From Flavobacteriales bacterium (GTDB taxonomy: Bacteria > Bacteroidota > Bacteroidia > Flavobacteriales_G > Salibacteraceae), in contig JAWKNJ010000028.1 in the NCBI GenBank assembly GCA_041391765.1, forward strand, positions 10,874 to 74,873: DNA of 64,000 nt, written 5' to 3'. Below are positions 49,078 through 60,199 of this stretch, in pieces. The notes under the pieces were generated by a model. It was given only the letters and a program-made list of their open reading frames with translations, searched no databases and was not told the origin of the DNA. The position numbers and the translations under genes are program-made. Each line of letters begins with the position of its first letter. Positions within the stretch are counted from its first letter, which is position 1.

Positions 49078-49773
49078 TTAAACGGTCGTATTTCCTACTA
49101 GCAATTCATTAACCAACCGAGGGACCGCAACCGTTGCATTTTCTTTCATGATCTTAAGCTTGCTAAGGCCTGGATTTGAAACATCTGCTGGATCTATGAG
49201 ATATACTTCAGAATTCTGTGGGGCATAGAATATCAGTCCTGCCGCTGGGTATACATTTAAGCTCGTCCCAATGATCAATACAATTTCAGCCTTCTTTATT
49301 AGCCTTCTTGCATTTTCAAATTCTGTAACCGGTTCTCCAAACCAAACTACGTGGGGACGTAATTGTGACCCATCCGGTGCAAGGTCGCCATATCCTATTT
49401 CTATTGGGGATTCAATTAAGGTAGGATCGCCATTTGAGCTTTTGGCTTTAGTGATGTCGCCATGGAGGTGGAGTACGTTTGTACTTCCGGCTCTTTCGTG
49501 GAGGTTATCAATGTTCTGTGTGATAATTTTTACCTCAAATTGATGTTCAAGTTTTGCTATCGCTCGGTGAGCCTCATTCGGCTCCGCTTTGAGTATTTGA
49601 GCACGCCTTTTGTTGTAGAATTCAAGTACCAATTTTGGGTTAGCTACCCAGGCTTCTGGAGTCGCCACCTGTTGAACGTCATATTGCTCCCACAACCCTC
49701 CTGAATCACGAAAGGTTGTCAATCCGCTCTCTGCGCTCATTCCAGCTCCCGAAAACACCACAATTGTCTTCAT
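49078..49773 (-). CDS. cobB: Sir2-family NAD-dependent protein deacylase
   Basis: MKTIVVFSGAGMSAESGLTTFR, QNIDNLHERAG and VLHLHG. ATG at 49773 is preferred over the ORF-track start at 49896, which would overlap maeB. Confidence 0.88.
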   Translation of the reverse strand: MKTIVVFSGAGMSAESGLTTFRDSGGLWEQYDVQQVATPEAWVANPKLVLEFYNKRRAQILKAEPNEAHRAIAKLEHQFEVKIITQNIDNLHERAGSTNVLHLHGDITKAKSSNGDPTLIESPIEIGYGDLAPDGSQLRPHVVWFGEPVTEFENARRLIKKAEIVLIIGTSLNVYPAAGLIFYAPQNSEVYLIDPADVSNPGLSKLKIMKENATVAVPRLVNELLVGNTTV

Positions 49774-49790
49774 ATTCTGCCCAGGAATGT

Positions 49791-49798
49791 CAAAGCTA
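49791..49798 (-). promoter_or_regulatory. -7 promoter box TAGCTTTG upstream of cobB
   Basis: Minus strand matches TAnnTTTG, 17 nt before the ATG at 49773. Confidence 0.4.
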
Positions 49799-49857
49799 TA
49801 AAAGACGTTTTGACCGGGCTCAATATTTCTACTTTTACGCCCCTTTGCCCAAATCAT

Positions 49858-52137
49858 ATGATCAAAATCAAAAAACAGGAGGCCTTGGATTATCATTCCA
49901 TGGGTCGTCCGGGTAAGATAGAAGTTGTACCAACAAAACCTTATTCATCGCAGCGTGACCTTAGTCTCGCATATTCACCTGGCGTGGCTGAGCCCTGCCT
50001 TAAGATTGCTGATAAAGAAGAATATGCCTATAAGTACACGGCTAAGGGCAATCTGGTGGCAGTGATTTCTAATGGAACTGCCGTTCTTGGCTTGGGAAAT
50101 ATTGGTCCATTGGCATCTAAGCCGGTTATGGAAGGGAAAGGTCTTCTCTTCAAAATATTCGCAGATATTGATGTCTTCGACATTGAAATCGATGCAAACG
50201 ATATTGACAAGTTTGTAGAAACGGTCAAGGCAATCTCTCCAACATTTGGTGGCATTAACCTGGAGGATATCAAGGCCCCAGAAGCCTTCGAAATTGAAGA
50301 ACGACTCAAGAAGGAACTCGACATTCCAATCATGCACGATGATCAACACGGCACAGCAATTATTTCTGGTGCTGCCTTGATCAACGCTTTGGAAATTGCT
50401 GGTAAAAAGATTCAGGATATCAAGGTGGTGGTGAGTGGAGCCGGAGCGGCTGCAATCTCTTGCATTAAGCTTTACTGTGCGCTTGGTGTGAAGAAAGAAA
50501 ACGTAATGATGGTCGATAGCAAGGGGGTAATAAGTAAATCCAGAATGGATTTGGATGATCAGAAAAAGGCATTTGCAATCGATACCAATAATAAGACGCT
50601 CATTGACGCCATGAAAAATGCCGATGTCTTTCTGGGCCTGAGCGTGGGCAACATCGTGACGAAGGACATGATTAAGAGTATGGCCAGGAATCCAATCGTT
50701 TTTGCCTGTGCAAACCCGAATCCGGAAATTTCATATCCTGATGCGGTTGCGGCAAGAGAGGACTTGATTATGGCGACTGGAAGAAGTGATTATCCGAATC
50801 AGGTTAACAACGTTTTAGGGTTCCCTTACATATTCAGAGGTGCATTAGATGTGCGTGCTTCAGAGATCAACGAAGACATGAAATTGGCTGCTGTAAGGTC
50901 ACTTGCAGAACTCGCAAAGGAACCGGTTCCGGTAGAGGTTATGATAGCCTATGGTGAAACCAACATCACTTTTGGCAAAGAGTATATTATTCCAAAACCA
51001 CTTGACTACCGGCTTATCACCACAGTGGCACCAGCGGTTGCCAAAGCAGCTATAGAAAGTGGTGTTGCTCGGACAAAAATCACGGATTGGACGGCTTATG
51101 CAGAAGAACTAGATAAGAGATTGGGGTTGGATAACAAGCTTGTGCAGAGCATTACTCAGCGAGCCAGAATGGATCCAAAGCGTGTTGTTTTTGCAGAGGC
51201 AGACCATTACAAAATACTTAAGGCGGCACAAATTTGTCGCGATGATGGAGTGGCGATCCCAATCTTGCTGGGAAACAAAGAGAGAATCAGTGAGTTGATA
51301 GAAGAGAATGGCCTTGATTTGGAGGACATAGAAATAATTGATGCTAGAAGTCAGGAAGAAAAGTCGCGAAGGGAACGATACGGCAAAATACTCTTTGACA
51401 AAAGGAAACGAAGAGGCTATACGGCCCCTGAGGCGGAAAAGATAATGCGCGAGCGAAATTACTTCGGAGCGGCAATGGTTGAAAATGGAGAAGCCGATGC
51501 CATTATTTCTGGATTAACTAGAAATTATCCTGCTACCATTAAACCAGCTTTGCAGGTCATCGGAACTGACCCACACGTAAAGCGCATCGCTGGCATGTAT
51601 GTGATTGTAACCAAAAACGGCCCATTGTTTCTTGCCGACACAACGGTTACCTACGAACCTACTGCGGAGGAGTTGGTTGAAATTACCTTGTTGGTTGCAA
51701 AGGCAGTGGAGCGATTCAGGTTGAAACCAAGAATTGCGTTATTGAGCTTTTCGAACTTCGGAAGTAGTGACAATGCAGAGGCTATTAAAGTGCGAAACGC
51801 TGTCAGGATTTTGCATGATAAGCATCCCGATCTGATTGTGGATGGTGAGATCCAGGCAAATTTCGCTATGAATAAGGAACTTCTTAGCGAGATGTTCCCA
51901 TTCTCAAAGTTGGTAGGCAAAGACACCAATGTACTCATATTTCCAAATCTTGCGGCCGGCAATATTGCCTACAAATTGATGCAAGAAATGGGGGTTGGAG
52001 AGGCGATTGGTCCGATTTTACTTGGAATGGACAAGCCAGTGCATGTATTACAATTGGGAAGCTCAGTTAGGGAAATTGTCAATATGGTAACTCTTGCTGT
52101 GGTTGACGCTCAAACCAGGGAAACACCGGTTATATGA
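49858..52137 (+). CDS. maeB: NADP-dependent malic enzyme (malic enzyme domain plus phosphotransacetylase-like domain)
   Basis: [12 protein letters not shown], the NAD(P)-binding [12 protein letters not shown], and a ~330-aa C-terminal PTA-like domain. ATG at 49858 ([13 protein letters not shown]) is preferred. Confidence 0.93.
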   Translation: MIKIKKQEALDYHSMGRPGKIEVVPTKPYSSQRDLSLAYSPGVAEPCLKIADKEEYAYKYTAKGNLVAVISNGTAVLGLGNIGPLASKPVMEGKGLLFKIFADIDVFDIEIDANDIDKFVETVKAISPTFGGINLEDIKAPEAFEIEERLKKELDIPIMHDDQHGTAIISGAALINALEIAGKKIQDIKVVVSGAGAAAISCIKLYCALGVKKENVMMVDSKGVISKSRMDLDDQKKAFAIDTNNKTLIDAMKNADVFLGLSVGNIVTKDMIKSMARNPIVFACANPNPEISYPDAVAAREDLIMATGRSDYPNQVNNVLGFPYIFRGALDVRASEINEDMKLAAVRSLAELAKEPVPVEVMIAYGETNITFGKEYIIPKPLDYRLITTVAPAVAKAAIESGVARTKITDWTAYAEELDKRLGLDNKLVQSITQRARMDPKRVVFAEADHYKILKAAQICRDDGVAIPILLGNKERISELIEENGLDLEDIEIIDARSQEEKSRRERYGKILFDKRKRRGYTAPEAEKIMRERNYFGAAMVENGEADAIISGLTRNYPATIKPALQVIGTDPHVKRIAGMYVIVTKNGPLFLADTTVTYEPTAEELVEITLLVAKAVERFRLKPRIALLSFSNFGSSDNAEAIKVRNAVRILHDKHPDLIVDGEIQANFAMNKELLSEMFPFSKLVGKDTNVLIFPNLAAGNIAYKLMQEMGVGEAIGPILLGMDKPVHVLQLGSSVREIVNMVTLAVVDAQTRETPVI

Positions 52138-52733
52138 TTGAATACGTTAGCGGCAAGTTTGCCGAAAAGACTCCCACCTATGTGGTTGTGGATGTGAATG
52201 GACTAGGTTATTTGGTCATGATAAGCCTGACCACATATGGCGACCTCGCGGATGAATCAAGTGGTAAACTTCACACGCATTATGCCGTGAGTGTGGATGT
52301 CAGATCTGGTGAGAGTAGGCATCAAATCTTTGGTTTTTCCACTTTGCTGGAGAGGCAGCTTTTTCGACAATTGATCACTGTTTCTGGAGTTAGCTCAGGA
52401 ATTGCGCATATGATTCTGTCTGCATTTAAACCTGAAGAAGTTCAATCCATAATAGTAAACGGAGACGATAAGAGCTTAACTTCTGTTAAGGGTGTGGGTC
52501 CAAAACTTGCCCAAAAAGTGATTTCCGAATTGCGCGAAAAGCTCGTTAAATTGGATATTGCTGTCGATATATCGGAGGTGACGGGCAATAGTTTGAGGCA
52601 AGAGGCGTTATCAGCGCTCACGGCTCTTGGATTTGATAGGGCAAAATCAGTAAAAGTCATCAATCAAATCATTAAGAACGAAGCTCCTGAAACGGTCGAA
52701 ATTTTGATTAAGAAAGCGCTAAAGCAGCTCTGA
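52134..52733 (+). CDS. ruvA: Holliday junction DNA helicase subunit RuvA
   Basis: N-terminal OB fold MIEYVSGKF and helix-hairpin-helix GVGPKLAQKVISEL. The start overlaps the maeB stop (ATGA). Confidence 0.93.
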   Translation: MIEYVSGKFAEKTPTYVVVDVNGLGYLVMISLTTYGDLADESSGKLHTHYAVSVDVRSGESRHQIFGFSTLLERQLFRQLITVSGVSSGIAHMILSAFKPEEVQSIIVNGDDKSLTSVKGVGPKLAQKVISELREKLVKLDIAVDISEVTGNSLRQEALSALTALGFDRAKSVKVINQIIKNEAPETVEILIKKALKQL

Positions 52734-52742
52734 TAATTCGGG

Positions 52743-55700
52743 TTGAAACGTCCTTTAAAACATATCATCCAGATCCTAATATGGGCATCGGTAACGATGC
52801 CTTCTGTGCTTTTAGGGCAGAACGATTCCTTATTGTTTCCATTCAACGACAATCGTGACCCATTGGGAGAGGACGATCGTAAGATATATGGGCCAAAACC
52901 AAGCAGTGTAGAGACCGAAGTAGAGTACGATCCGGAGACAGGGAACTACAACTACAAGCAATCCATGGGAGGTCTCAACTATAGTCCTCCAGCCTATATG
53001 TCGTTTGATGAATACAAGGATTACGAGAAGAAGAAGTCCATGCATGACTACTGGAAGCAGATTGAAAAAGAAGCAGCCGAAGAAGAAGATGCGGAAGATG
53101 GTGGGGGGGGCAGTGCATTCAGGCCTGCCATCAATGTCCCTGGTGACAAATTTGATCGAATATTTGGCGGAAATACGATTGAAATTCGACCGAATGGGTC
53201 AGCCGAGCTAACGTTTGCGGTTAATAGTTCGAAAACGGAAAACCCAGCTATTCCTGTGAATCAGCGTAGGATCACAACGCCAGATTTCAGGCAGAACATA
53301 CAGCTCAATGTGATAGGAAACATTGGTGAAAAGCTGAAAATTCAAACAAATTATAATACGCAGGCCACCTTCGATTTTGAAAATCAGATGAAGGTGGAAT
53401 ACACTGGTTATGAGGACGAAATCATTCAAAAGATCGAACTTGGAAACGTCTCTCTACCACTCCAGAGTTCCCTGATATCGGGAAGTCAGGCATTGTTCGG
53501 TGTGAAAACCGAACTAAAGTTTGGAAGACTTTACATCACATCGGTTTACTCTCAGCAAAAGAGCGAACGAAGGGAAGTCAGCACCGAAGGTGGTGCGCAA
53601 GAAGTAGAATTTGATGTGAAAGCAGACCAATACGAGGATTATCGCCACTACTTCCTCAGCCATTTTTTCCGCGATCAGTACGAAAGAGCGTTAGCTACAC
53701 CTCCCATTATCAACTCGAGTGTGAATGTAACTCGCGTGGAAGTTTGGGTTACAAATACCAATTTCAGCACGGAAGAAACTCGAAATATTATCGCATTTCA
53801 AGACTTAGGAGACGCAGGAAGAGTATTCAACGCAGACTTTGCTGGTCCTGTGAAAGGAGGGAATTTACCTGCAAGCAACGGTCAAAACCAAGTGTATGGA
53901 AAGGTTTATAAAGACACTGATGTTCGTGGCTTTACTCAGGCATCACGGAAGTTGGAAGGACCGGCTTTCGGGTTAAAAAGTCGATTCGATTACCAAAAGG
54001 TAGAGTTGGCCAGAAAACTTGAACAAGGTCGAGACTATAGCTACAATCAGCAGCTAGGTTATATCTCGCTCGTACAAGAAATTCAACCAAATCAGGTGCT
54101 GGCGGTCGCTTTTGAATACACCTATAATGGCAGAACATATCGAGTTGGTGAATTCTCTAATGACAATACAGGTAGTGATGCCTTGATACTGAAAATGTTG
54201 AAGAGTTCCGAACTTAATACTCATTTCCCTATGTGGGATTTGATGATGAAAAACGTGTATTCAATTGGTGCGTACCAGCTTAGTCAAACAGGATTTGAAG
54301 TTGGCATATGGTATCTAGACAAATCCAAGGGAATCTACATCAACTACTTGCCAGTTCCCTATGAAGGTTTGAATGACAGACCGCTTCTGCAAGTGATGAA
54401 GCTGGATCGAATCAACAACAATAACGCCCAAGTTCCAGATGGAGTTTTCGACTTTTTAGCCAATCCGCAGATAACTGTTAATCCATCTAACGGTCGGATT
54501 TTCTTTCCTGTTTTGGAACCATTCGGATCGGATCTGAGGAAAACGATAACCACGATTACGGGGGACCCATCTCTAGCAAATCAGTACGCGTTTGATTCCC
54601 TCTACACCAATACCCAAGCTAATGCACAGTACAATTACCCTCAACTGAATCGATTCACAATTAGAGGGACGTATCAGTCCTCTAACAGTTCTGAAATTGC
54701 ATTGAATGCATTCAATATTCCCGAGGGATCTGTAGTGGTTACTGCGGCAGGACAAACCCTCGTGGAGAATCAGGATTATACGGTTGATTACACTCTAGGG
54801 CGGGTTAAGATAATAAACCAAGGTTTGCTGGAATCGGGCACTCCAATCAATGTTTCATTGGAAAGTAACTCTGCTTTTGGGCAAACCCGCAGGGCCATGT
54901 TCGCATCAAGGTTTGACTATAAGGTATCGGATGAATTGAATTTCGGAGGTACGATCATGAACTTGAGCGAGCGTCCGCTCACTCAAAAGGTGAATTACGG
55001 TGACGAACCCATCAGCAATACAGTAGTTGGTGTGGACGGAGCATATTCCACAGAGTCGAAGTTCCTGACCTCCATGGTTGACAAGATTCCGTTGATTGAA
55101 ACGAAGGCTGTATCTAATGTGACAGTGCAGGCCGAAGCGGCCAAACTCTTTCCCGGACACTCCAAAGCCATTGGTCAGAATGGTAACTCTTACATAGATG
55201 ATTTCGAAGGAAGCCAGAGTACGATTGATTTAAGGTCACCCCAACTATGGTCGATTGCCAGTACTCCGCAGGGTCAAAATGACCTTTTTCCCGAAGGTGT
55301 ATCGAATGATCTGCTTTTCAATAAGAACAGAGCGAGGTTGGCTTGGTACAACATTGACAACCTGTTCTATCGATCCGATAACACTACTCCTGACCACATT
55401 AAGAATGATGCGGAAATGCTTCAAAACCACATGATGCGTCAAGTGCAGGAGACGGAGGTGTTCCCAAACCGGCAATTTTCCTCTACTAGTGCTCCGCAGA
55501 ATTACCAGATCAACATGTTTGATCTGGCGTTCTATCCTGAGGAACCCGGTCCTTACAACTATGATGTTGACCCTGTACCGGGGCGTACTGCCGGTCTTGA
55601 TGAGAATGGAAATTTAGAAGATCCGGCTTCTCGTTGGGGAGGTATTATGAGAAGGATTGACCAAACGGATTTTGATGCCGCGAACATCGAATTCATTCAG

Positions 55701-58700
55701 TTTTGGATCATGGACCCTTATGCTGAGGCTGGTACTGAAGGTTACCCCGGCTCGACTACGGGTTTGACTGACGGAGAACTCTATTTCAACATAGGGAATA
55801 TTTCAGAAGATGTGCTCAAGGATGAGTACAAGAACTTTGAAAACGGATTTCCCAAAACACTTGAAGCCTCTACGGATTTGTCGAACCCTGAAAATTTCTC
55901 TGTATTCGGCAGAATTCCTGACGGTCAACAAATCGTAAATGCATTTGACAACAATCCGTCTACGCGTGAATTTCAGGACGTTGGTTTGGAGGGTTTGAGA
56001 GATGAGGAAGAAACAAGGTTTTTCGATTCCACCTATTTGGCTCCATTGCGTAACAGATTTGGTTCCGGATCAGCCGTTTATAGCCGATTGAATGCCGACC
56101 CTTCGCACGATAACTATAACTATTATCGGGACGACAGATACGATCAGCAGGAACTCAACATTCTTGAACGTTACAAGCTCTATAATGGCCTCGAAGGAAA
56201 CAGTGCGACCTCCGAGCAATCTCAACAGATCAACCAGCAAGGCTATCCAACTTCAGGGTCTCAGCTTCCAAATGCAGAAGACATTAATAGGGATAATACG
56301 CTTGACAATGTAGAGAGCTACTATCAGTATAAAGTGGAAATTTCGCCACAAGCCCTGTCTCAAACCGGACAGAACTACATCAACGCCATTCAACCTGCCA
56401 ATCCTCAGAACACGGGAGGGAAGTCTGTTAACTGGATTCAGTTCAAGATTCCCGTTCGAGAATTCGAAAAAAAGGTGGGCAACATTCAGGATTTCAGGTC
56501 CATACGCTTCATGCGAATCTATGTAAAGGGTTTTGAAAAGCCGATTTATCTGAGGTTTGCGCGCCTAGAGCTTGTTCGAGGCGAGTGGAGAAGGTACACT
56601 GGTGACTTAGATGAACCTGGGGATCAAATATTCGATGACCCAAGTGTACTGTTCAATGTTGGTGCCGTGAACGTTGAAGAAAACTCAGAGAAAGAACCTG
56701 TGAACTACATCCTTCCTCCGCTCTTGCAGCGTGAAATTCAGGCTGGTTCACCAAACCTTGCGAAGCAAAATGAACAGTCACTGGCCATTCAGGTTCAAGG
56801 GCTGGAAGATGGTAAGGCTCAGGCTGCTTTTCGAAATATCCAGATGGACATGAGGTCGTTCAAGAAAATGGAGATGTACTTGCACGCAGAGTCTATGCCG
56901 GCTTGCGATCCGGTCGATAATAATGATTTGCGGGTCTTCATACGGGTTGGTACAGACTTCACCGAGAACTATTATGAATATGAAACTCCAGTAACCATCA
57001 CGCAGCCCGCGCCTTCGATTGGCTACCAGGAAACCAGTTTGGCAGATCAAGAGGCCGTGTGGCCGCTCGAAAACAACGTCATCATAGAATTTGAAGAGCT
57101 CTTTGCGTTGAAGCGAGAACGAAATGAAAATCTCGGGGACGCTGGGGGCGTCCTCCTGACTCAACGTTACGCCAAGGAGTTGGATGCAGGTAAGAAAATT
57201 TATGTTGTGGGAAATCCCAACTTGGCAGACGCACGCGTGGTGATGATTGGTGTGCGAAATCCTAAACGAAAGCTAGGGCAGGAGCAACTGGATGATGGAT
57301 TGCCGAAGTGTGCGGAAATTTGGGCAAACGAGCTCCGTTTGACTCACTTTGATCAAAGTGGTGGAGAGGCTGCGCTTGCTAGAATTTCCGCGCAGCTGGC
57401 AGATTTTGCACAGGTGAGTGTTGCCAGTCAAATCACCACACCGGGTTGGGGACCACTTGAGGCCAAGGTGAGTGAGAAGCAGCGAGAGACAATTACAAAT
57501 TTCGATGCCTCAGCTCAAGTAAATCTGGACAAGTTCGTTCCTGAAAAGACCGGGATTAAGGTGCCGATGTATGTTGGGTATTCAAACACTACAAGCACTC
57601 CTCAATTTGCACCCGAAGAGCCGGATACTCCCATGGATATTTATTTGGACAACAGAACCAATGATGAAAAGGACAGTTTATTAAATATTTCACAGAAGGT
57701 TACGGAAAGGCGAAGTTTGAACTTCACCAACGTTCGAAAAGAACGAACGGGGGATGGAAAACCACACTTCTATGATGTTTCCAACTGGAGCACGACATAT
57801 GCCTTCACCGAAACAAGGTACAGGGACTTTAACACAGAGTTTGATTTCACGAAAAACTATCGGGGAGGAGTCGCCTACGCTTATAGCATCAACTCAAAGT
57901 CCATAGAACCATTTAAGAATGTAGGATTTGTGAAAAAGTCCAAGTGGTTGAGACTCGTTAAAGATTTTAACTTTTCTCTGGCACCCAAAAGTGTCGGCTT
58001 CAGAAATGACTTTGATCGCATTTATGGTGAGCGAAAAGCGAGGAACATCAGTCCGATACCCGGAGCAACAGTTGAACCTCAAGTCTATGTCAACAAATCA
58101 TTCCATTGGGACAGGGCCTATAATTTATCGTATGATTTGAGCAAAGCGATAAAGATTGATTTCAGTGCAAACAATCGCGCTCTCGTTCGTGAATACGAAG
58201 GAGAACGAGTGGCGAGACCGGGAAAGCTAAGCGAACGAGATGACCCCGAAAAAGATGGCGAAGGGGGATATTTCATTGATCCAGTGACTGGGGAGCCGGA
58301 AAGAGATGCCACAACGGGAAGGATCAACAGAAGCTATGAACAACATAAGGATTCGATATTGTCAAGTTTGAGTCAACTCGGATTGACCACCAACTATAAT
58401 CACACTGCCAGTGTTTCATACAGTGTTCCATTGTCTAAGATTCCGTTACTTGATTGGACCAGCTTGACATCGAGATATTCCGGTACTTATGATTGGATGA
58501 GGGGGCCTTTGGTTCAACCTGGAATACAAGATACTTTGGGACATACCATTTCAAATGGTCAACAAATTCAGCTCAATGGCTCTCTCAACATGACCAGCCT
58601 TTATAACAAGGTTCCTTATTTAAGAGATATTAATAGAAACAAAGGGTCCAAGGGTAGACCACAGATGAATAAGGCCAAGCCTGATGCTGCGGCTGAAGAC

Positions 58701-60137
58701 TCTAAGGAGGATGCAAAAAAGGAAAAGGATAACAAGCTGGTAAAGGGAACACTGAAGGCACTGATGAGTGTAAAATCAGTCTCGGGAACATATACTCTCA
58801 ATAGGGGTAATACGCTCCCTGGGTTTGGCGGGCAACCGAATTATATTGGATTGGATAATTCTCCAGATAGGAGTTATGGGTATCAGCAGGATGTATTTAC
58901 GTATGGTGCTCCAGGTATGGGTTTCATATTCGGACAGCAGGAAGATTTTAGCAATACTTCGAAGCACTTTGCTGACTATGCAGGCAATGAACAGCGATGG
59001 CTTGTTGCAAATCCAAATATCTACAACCCTTACTTAAGAAGTAAAAGTGAGCAATGGAATTTCAGGGCAAGTGTTCAGCCAATGAATGACTTGAGGATTG
59101 ACCTCACATCCAACGAAAGCCGTGGAACGAATTGGAGCGAATACTTCAGATATAATAAGGATCTGGATTATTGGAGCAGCGACAGCACGCTGCTAGAAAC
59201 CGGAAATTACAGCGTGTCCATAATATCTATAGCCACCGCGCTTGAGGACATTGACTCATCTAACTATACAATCTATAATCAGTTTTTATCCAACAGGGTG
59301 ACTGTGTCACAACGTTTGGGCGAGGAGAAAGGTATTTCTTCAAGGGATCCTGGCGGATATACGGTTGGATATGACAGTGCCCATCAAGACGTCTTGATAC
59401 CAGCATTCCTTGCCGCATATACGGGACAAACTCCAGGGAAGGTGAGCCTAAATCCTTTAAAAACTATGATGTTGCCTAACTGGCGTATCAATTACACGGG
59501 CTTACAAAAGTTGGCCTTCATCAAAAAGTACTTCAGGTCATTTAGCATCAATCATGGGTATCGATCAACGTACACCGTTGGTGGTTACATTAAGTCATTT
59601 GCAACGCAGGATACATTCCAGTTGACCCAGCGTATTCAGCCCAAGTATGTCATATCTCAAGTGTCAATTTCAGAGCAATTTTCTCCGTTGATCAACTTTG
59701 ATATGACTTGGAATAACAGTCTGCTCACCCGATTTGAAATCCGAAGGGATAGGAACATTACACTTAGCACATCCAACGGTCAGGTCACTGAAATGGGTAA
59801 TGTAGAATACATAGTTGGATCTGGATACACGTTTAGCAAGCTTAAAATGCCTTTTACAGTCAGGGGAACAACACTTCAAAGTGACTTAGTGCTTAGGGCA
59901 GATTTCAGCATTCGGAATTCAACCACACTCATTCGGAAGATTGTGGAAGAAGAAACACAAGTCACGGCTGGCCAGCGAGTTTATTCATTGAAGCTCACCG
60001 GTGACTATTCCTTGACCAAGGCGCTCACACTGCGGTTGTTCTATGATTGGGTAGCCAACAGACCGGCTATTTCCAACTCATTCCCCACCTCCAATATCAA
60101 TGCTGGCTTTAGCTTGAGATTTGCGTTGTCAGGATAA
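52743..60137 (+). CDS. sprA: T9SS translocon / cell-surface protein SprA (Sov)
   Basis: 2464 codons with a signal peptide MKRPLKHIIQILIWASVTMPSVLLGQ. The N-terminal region LNVIGNIGEKLKIQTNYNTQATFDFENQMKVEYTG...IELGNVSLPL resembles the SprA N-terminal repeat. Giant beta-barrel-type composition. TTG start. Confidence 0.88.
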   Translation: MKRPLKHIIQILIWASVTMPSVLLGQNDSLLFPFNDNRDPLGEDDRKIYGPKPSSVETEVEYDPETGNYNYKQSMGGLNYSPPAYMSFDEYKDYEKKKSMHDYWKQIEKEAAEEEDAEDGGGGSAFRPAINVPGDKFDRIFGGNTIEIRPNGSAELTFAVNSSKTENPAIPVNQRRITTPDFRQNIQLNVIGNIGEKLKIQTNYNTQATFDFENQMKVEYTGYEDEIIQKIELGNVSLPLQSSLISGSQALFGVKTELKFGRLYITSVYSQQKSERREVSTEGGAQEVEFDVKADQYEDYRHYFLSHFFRDQYERALATPPIINSSVNVTRVEVWVTNTNFSTEETRNIIAFQDLGDAGRVFNADFAGPVKGGNLPASNGQNQVYGKVYKDTDVRGFTQASRKLEGPAFGLKSRFDYQKVELARKLEQGRDYSYNQQLGYISLVQEIQPNQVLAVAFEYTYNGRTYRVGEFSNDNTGSDALILKMLKSSELNTHFPMWDLMMKNVYSIGAYQLSQTGFEVGIWYLDKSKGIYINYLPVPYEGLNDRPLLQVMKLDRINNNNAQVPDGVFDFLANPQITVNPSNGRIFFPVLEPFGSDLRKTITTITGDPSLANQYAFDSLYTNTQANAQYNYPQLNRFTIRGTYQSSNSSEIALNAFNIPEGSVVVTAAGQTLVENQDYTVDYTLGRVKIINQGLLESGTPINVSLESNSAFGQTRRAMFASRFDYKVSDELNFGGTIMNLSERPLTQKVNYGDEPISNTVVGVDGAYSTESKFLTSMVDKIPLIETKAVSNVTVQAEAAKLFPGHSKAIGQNGNSYIDDFEGSQSTIDLRSPQLWSIASTPQGQNDLFPEGVSNDLLFNKNRARLAWYNIDNLFYRSDNTTPDHIKNDAEMLQNHMMRQVQETEVFPNRQFSSTSAPQNYQINMFDLAFYPEEPGPYNYDVDPVPGRTAGLDENGNLEDPASRWGGIMRRIDQTDFDAANIEFIQFWIMDPYAEAGTEGYPGSTTGLTDGELYFNIGNISEDVLKDEYKNFENGFPKTLEASTDLSNPENFSVFGRIPDGQQIVNAFDNNPSTREFQDVGLEGLRDEEETRFFDSTYLAPLRNRFGSGSAVYSRLNADPSHDNYNYYRDDRYDQQELNILERYKLYNGLEGNSATSEQSQQINQQGYPTSGSQLPNAEDINRDNTLDNVESYYQYKVEISPQALSQTGQNYINAIQPANPQNTGGKSVNWIQFKIPVREFEKKVGNIQDFRSIRFMRIYVKGFEKPIYLRFARLELVRGEWRRYTGDLDEPGDQIFDDPSVLFNVGAVNVEENSEKEPVNYILPPLLQREIQAGSPNLAKQNEQSLAIQVQGLEDGKAQAAFRNIQMDMRSFKKMEMYLHAESMPACDPVDNNDLRVFIRVGTDFTENYYEYETPVTITQPAPSIGYQETSLADQEAVWPLENNVIIEFEELFALKRERNENLGDAGGVLLTQRYAKELDAGKKIYVVGNPNLADARVVMIGVRNPKRKLGQEQLDDGLPKCAEIWANELRLTHFDQSGGEAALARISAQLADFAQVSVASQITTPGWGPLEAKVSEKQRETITNFDASAQVNLDKFVPEKTGIKVPMYVGYSNTTSTPQFAPEEPDTPMDIYLDNRTNDEKDSLLNISQKVTERRSLNFTNVRKERTGDGKPHFYDVSNWSTTYAFTETRYRDFNTEFDFTKNYRGGVAYAYSINSKSIEPFKNVGFVKKSKWLRLVKDFNFSLAPKSVGFRNDFDRIYGERKARNISPIPGATVEPQVYVNKSFHWDRAYNLSYDLSKAIKIDFSANNRALVREYEGERVARPGKLSERDDPEKDGEGGYFIDPVTGEPERDATTGRINRSYEQHKDSILSSLSQLGLTTNYNHTASVSYSVPLSKIPLLDWTSLTSRYSGTYDWMRGPLVQPGIQDTLGHTISNGQQIQLNGSLNMTSLYNKVPYLRDINRNKGSKGRPQMNKAKPDAAAEDSKEDAKKEKDNKLVKGTLKALMSVKSVSGTYTLNRGNTLPGFGGQPNYIGLDNSPDRSYGYQQDVFTYGAPGMGFIFGQQEDFSNTSKHFADYAGNEQRWLVANPNIYNPYLRSKSEQWNFRASVQPMNDLRIDLTSNESRGTNWSEYFRYNKDLDYWSSDSTLLETGNYSVSIISIATALEDIDSSNYTIYNQFLSNRVTVSQRLGEEKGISSRDPGGYTVGYDSAHQDVLIPAFLAAYTGQTPGKVSLNPLKTMMLPNWRINYTGLQKLAFIKKYFRSFSINHGYRSTYTVGGYIKSFATQDTFQLTQRIQPKYVISQVSISEQFSPLINFDMTWNNSLLTRFEIRRDRNITLSTSNGQVTEMGNVEYIVGSGYTFSKLKMPFTVRGTTLQSDLVLRADFSIRNSTTLIRKIVEEETQVTAGQRVYSLKLTGDYSLTKALTLRLFYDWVANRPAISNSFPTSNINAGFSLRFALSG

Positions 60138-60172
60138 TGTGAACAATAGCTTTTAGTGGTGAATTCAACATA

Positions 60173-60180
60173 TATATTTG
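60173..60180 (+). promoter_or_regulatory. -7 promoter box TATATTTG upstream of gcvH
   Basis: Matches TAnnTTTG, 19 nt before the ATG at 60200. Confidence 0.4.
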
Positions 60181-60199
60181 CCCACTTAACCAACGAAAA

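Noticed and set aside
49774-49896. Extended ORF-track starts (cobB from 49896 and maeB from 49810; also 1317, 11244, 13874, 24977, 33068 and 37643)
   Set aside because: The extensions begin at TTG or upstream ATG codons, overlap divergent neighbours or promoter boxes, and add residues ahead of conserved N-termini or signal peptides. Downstream ATGs were used instead.
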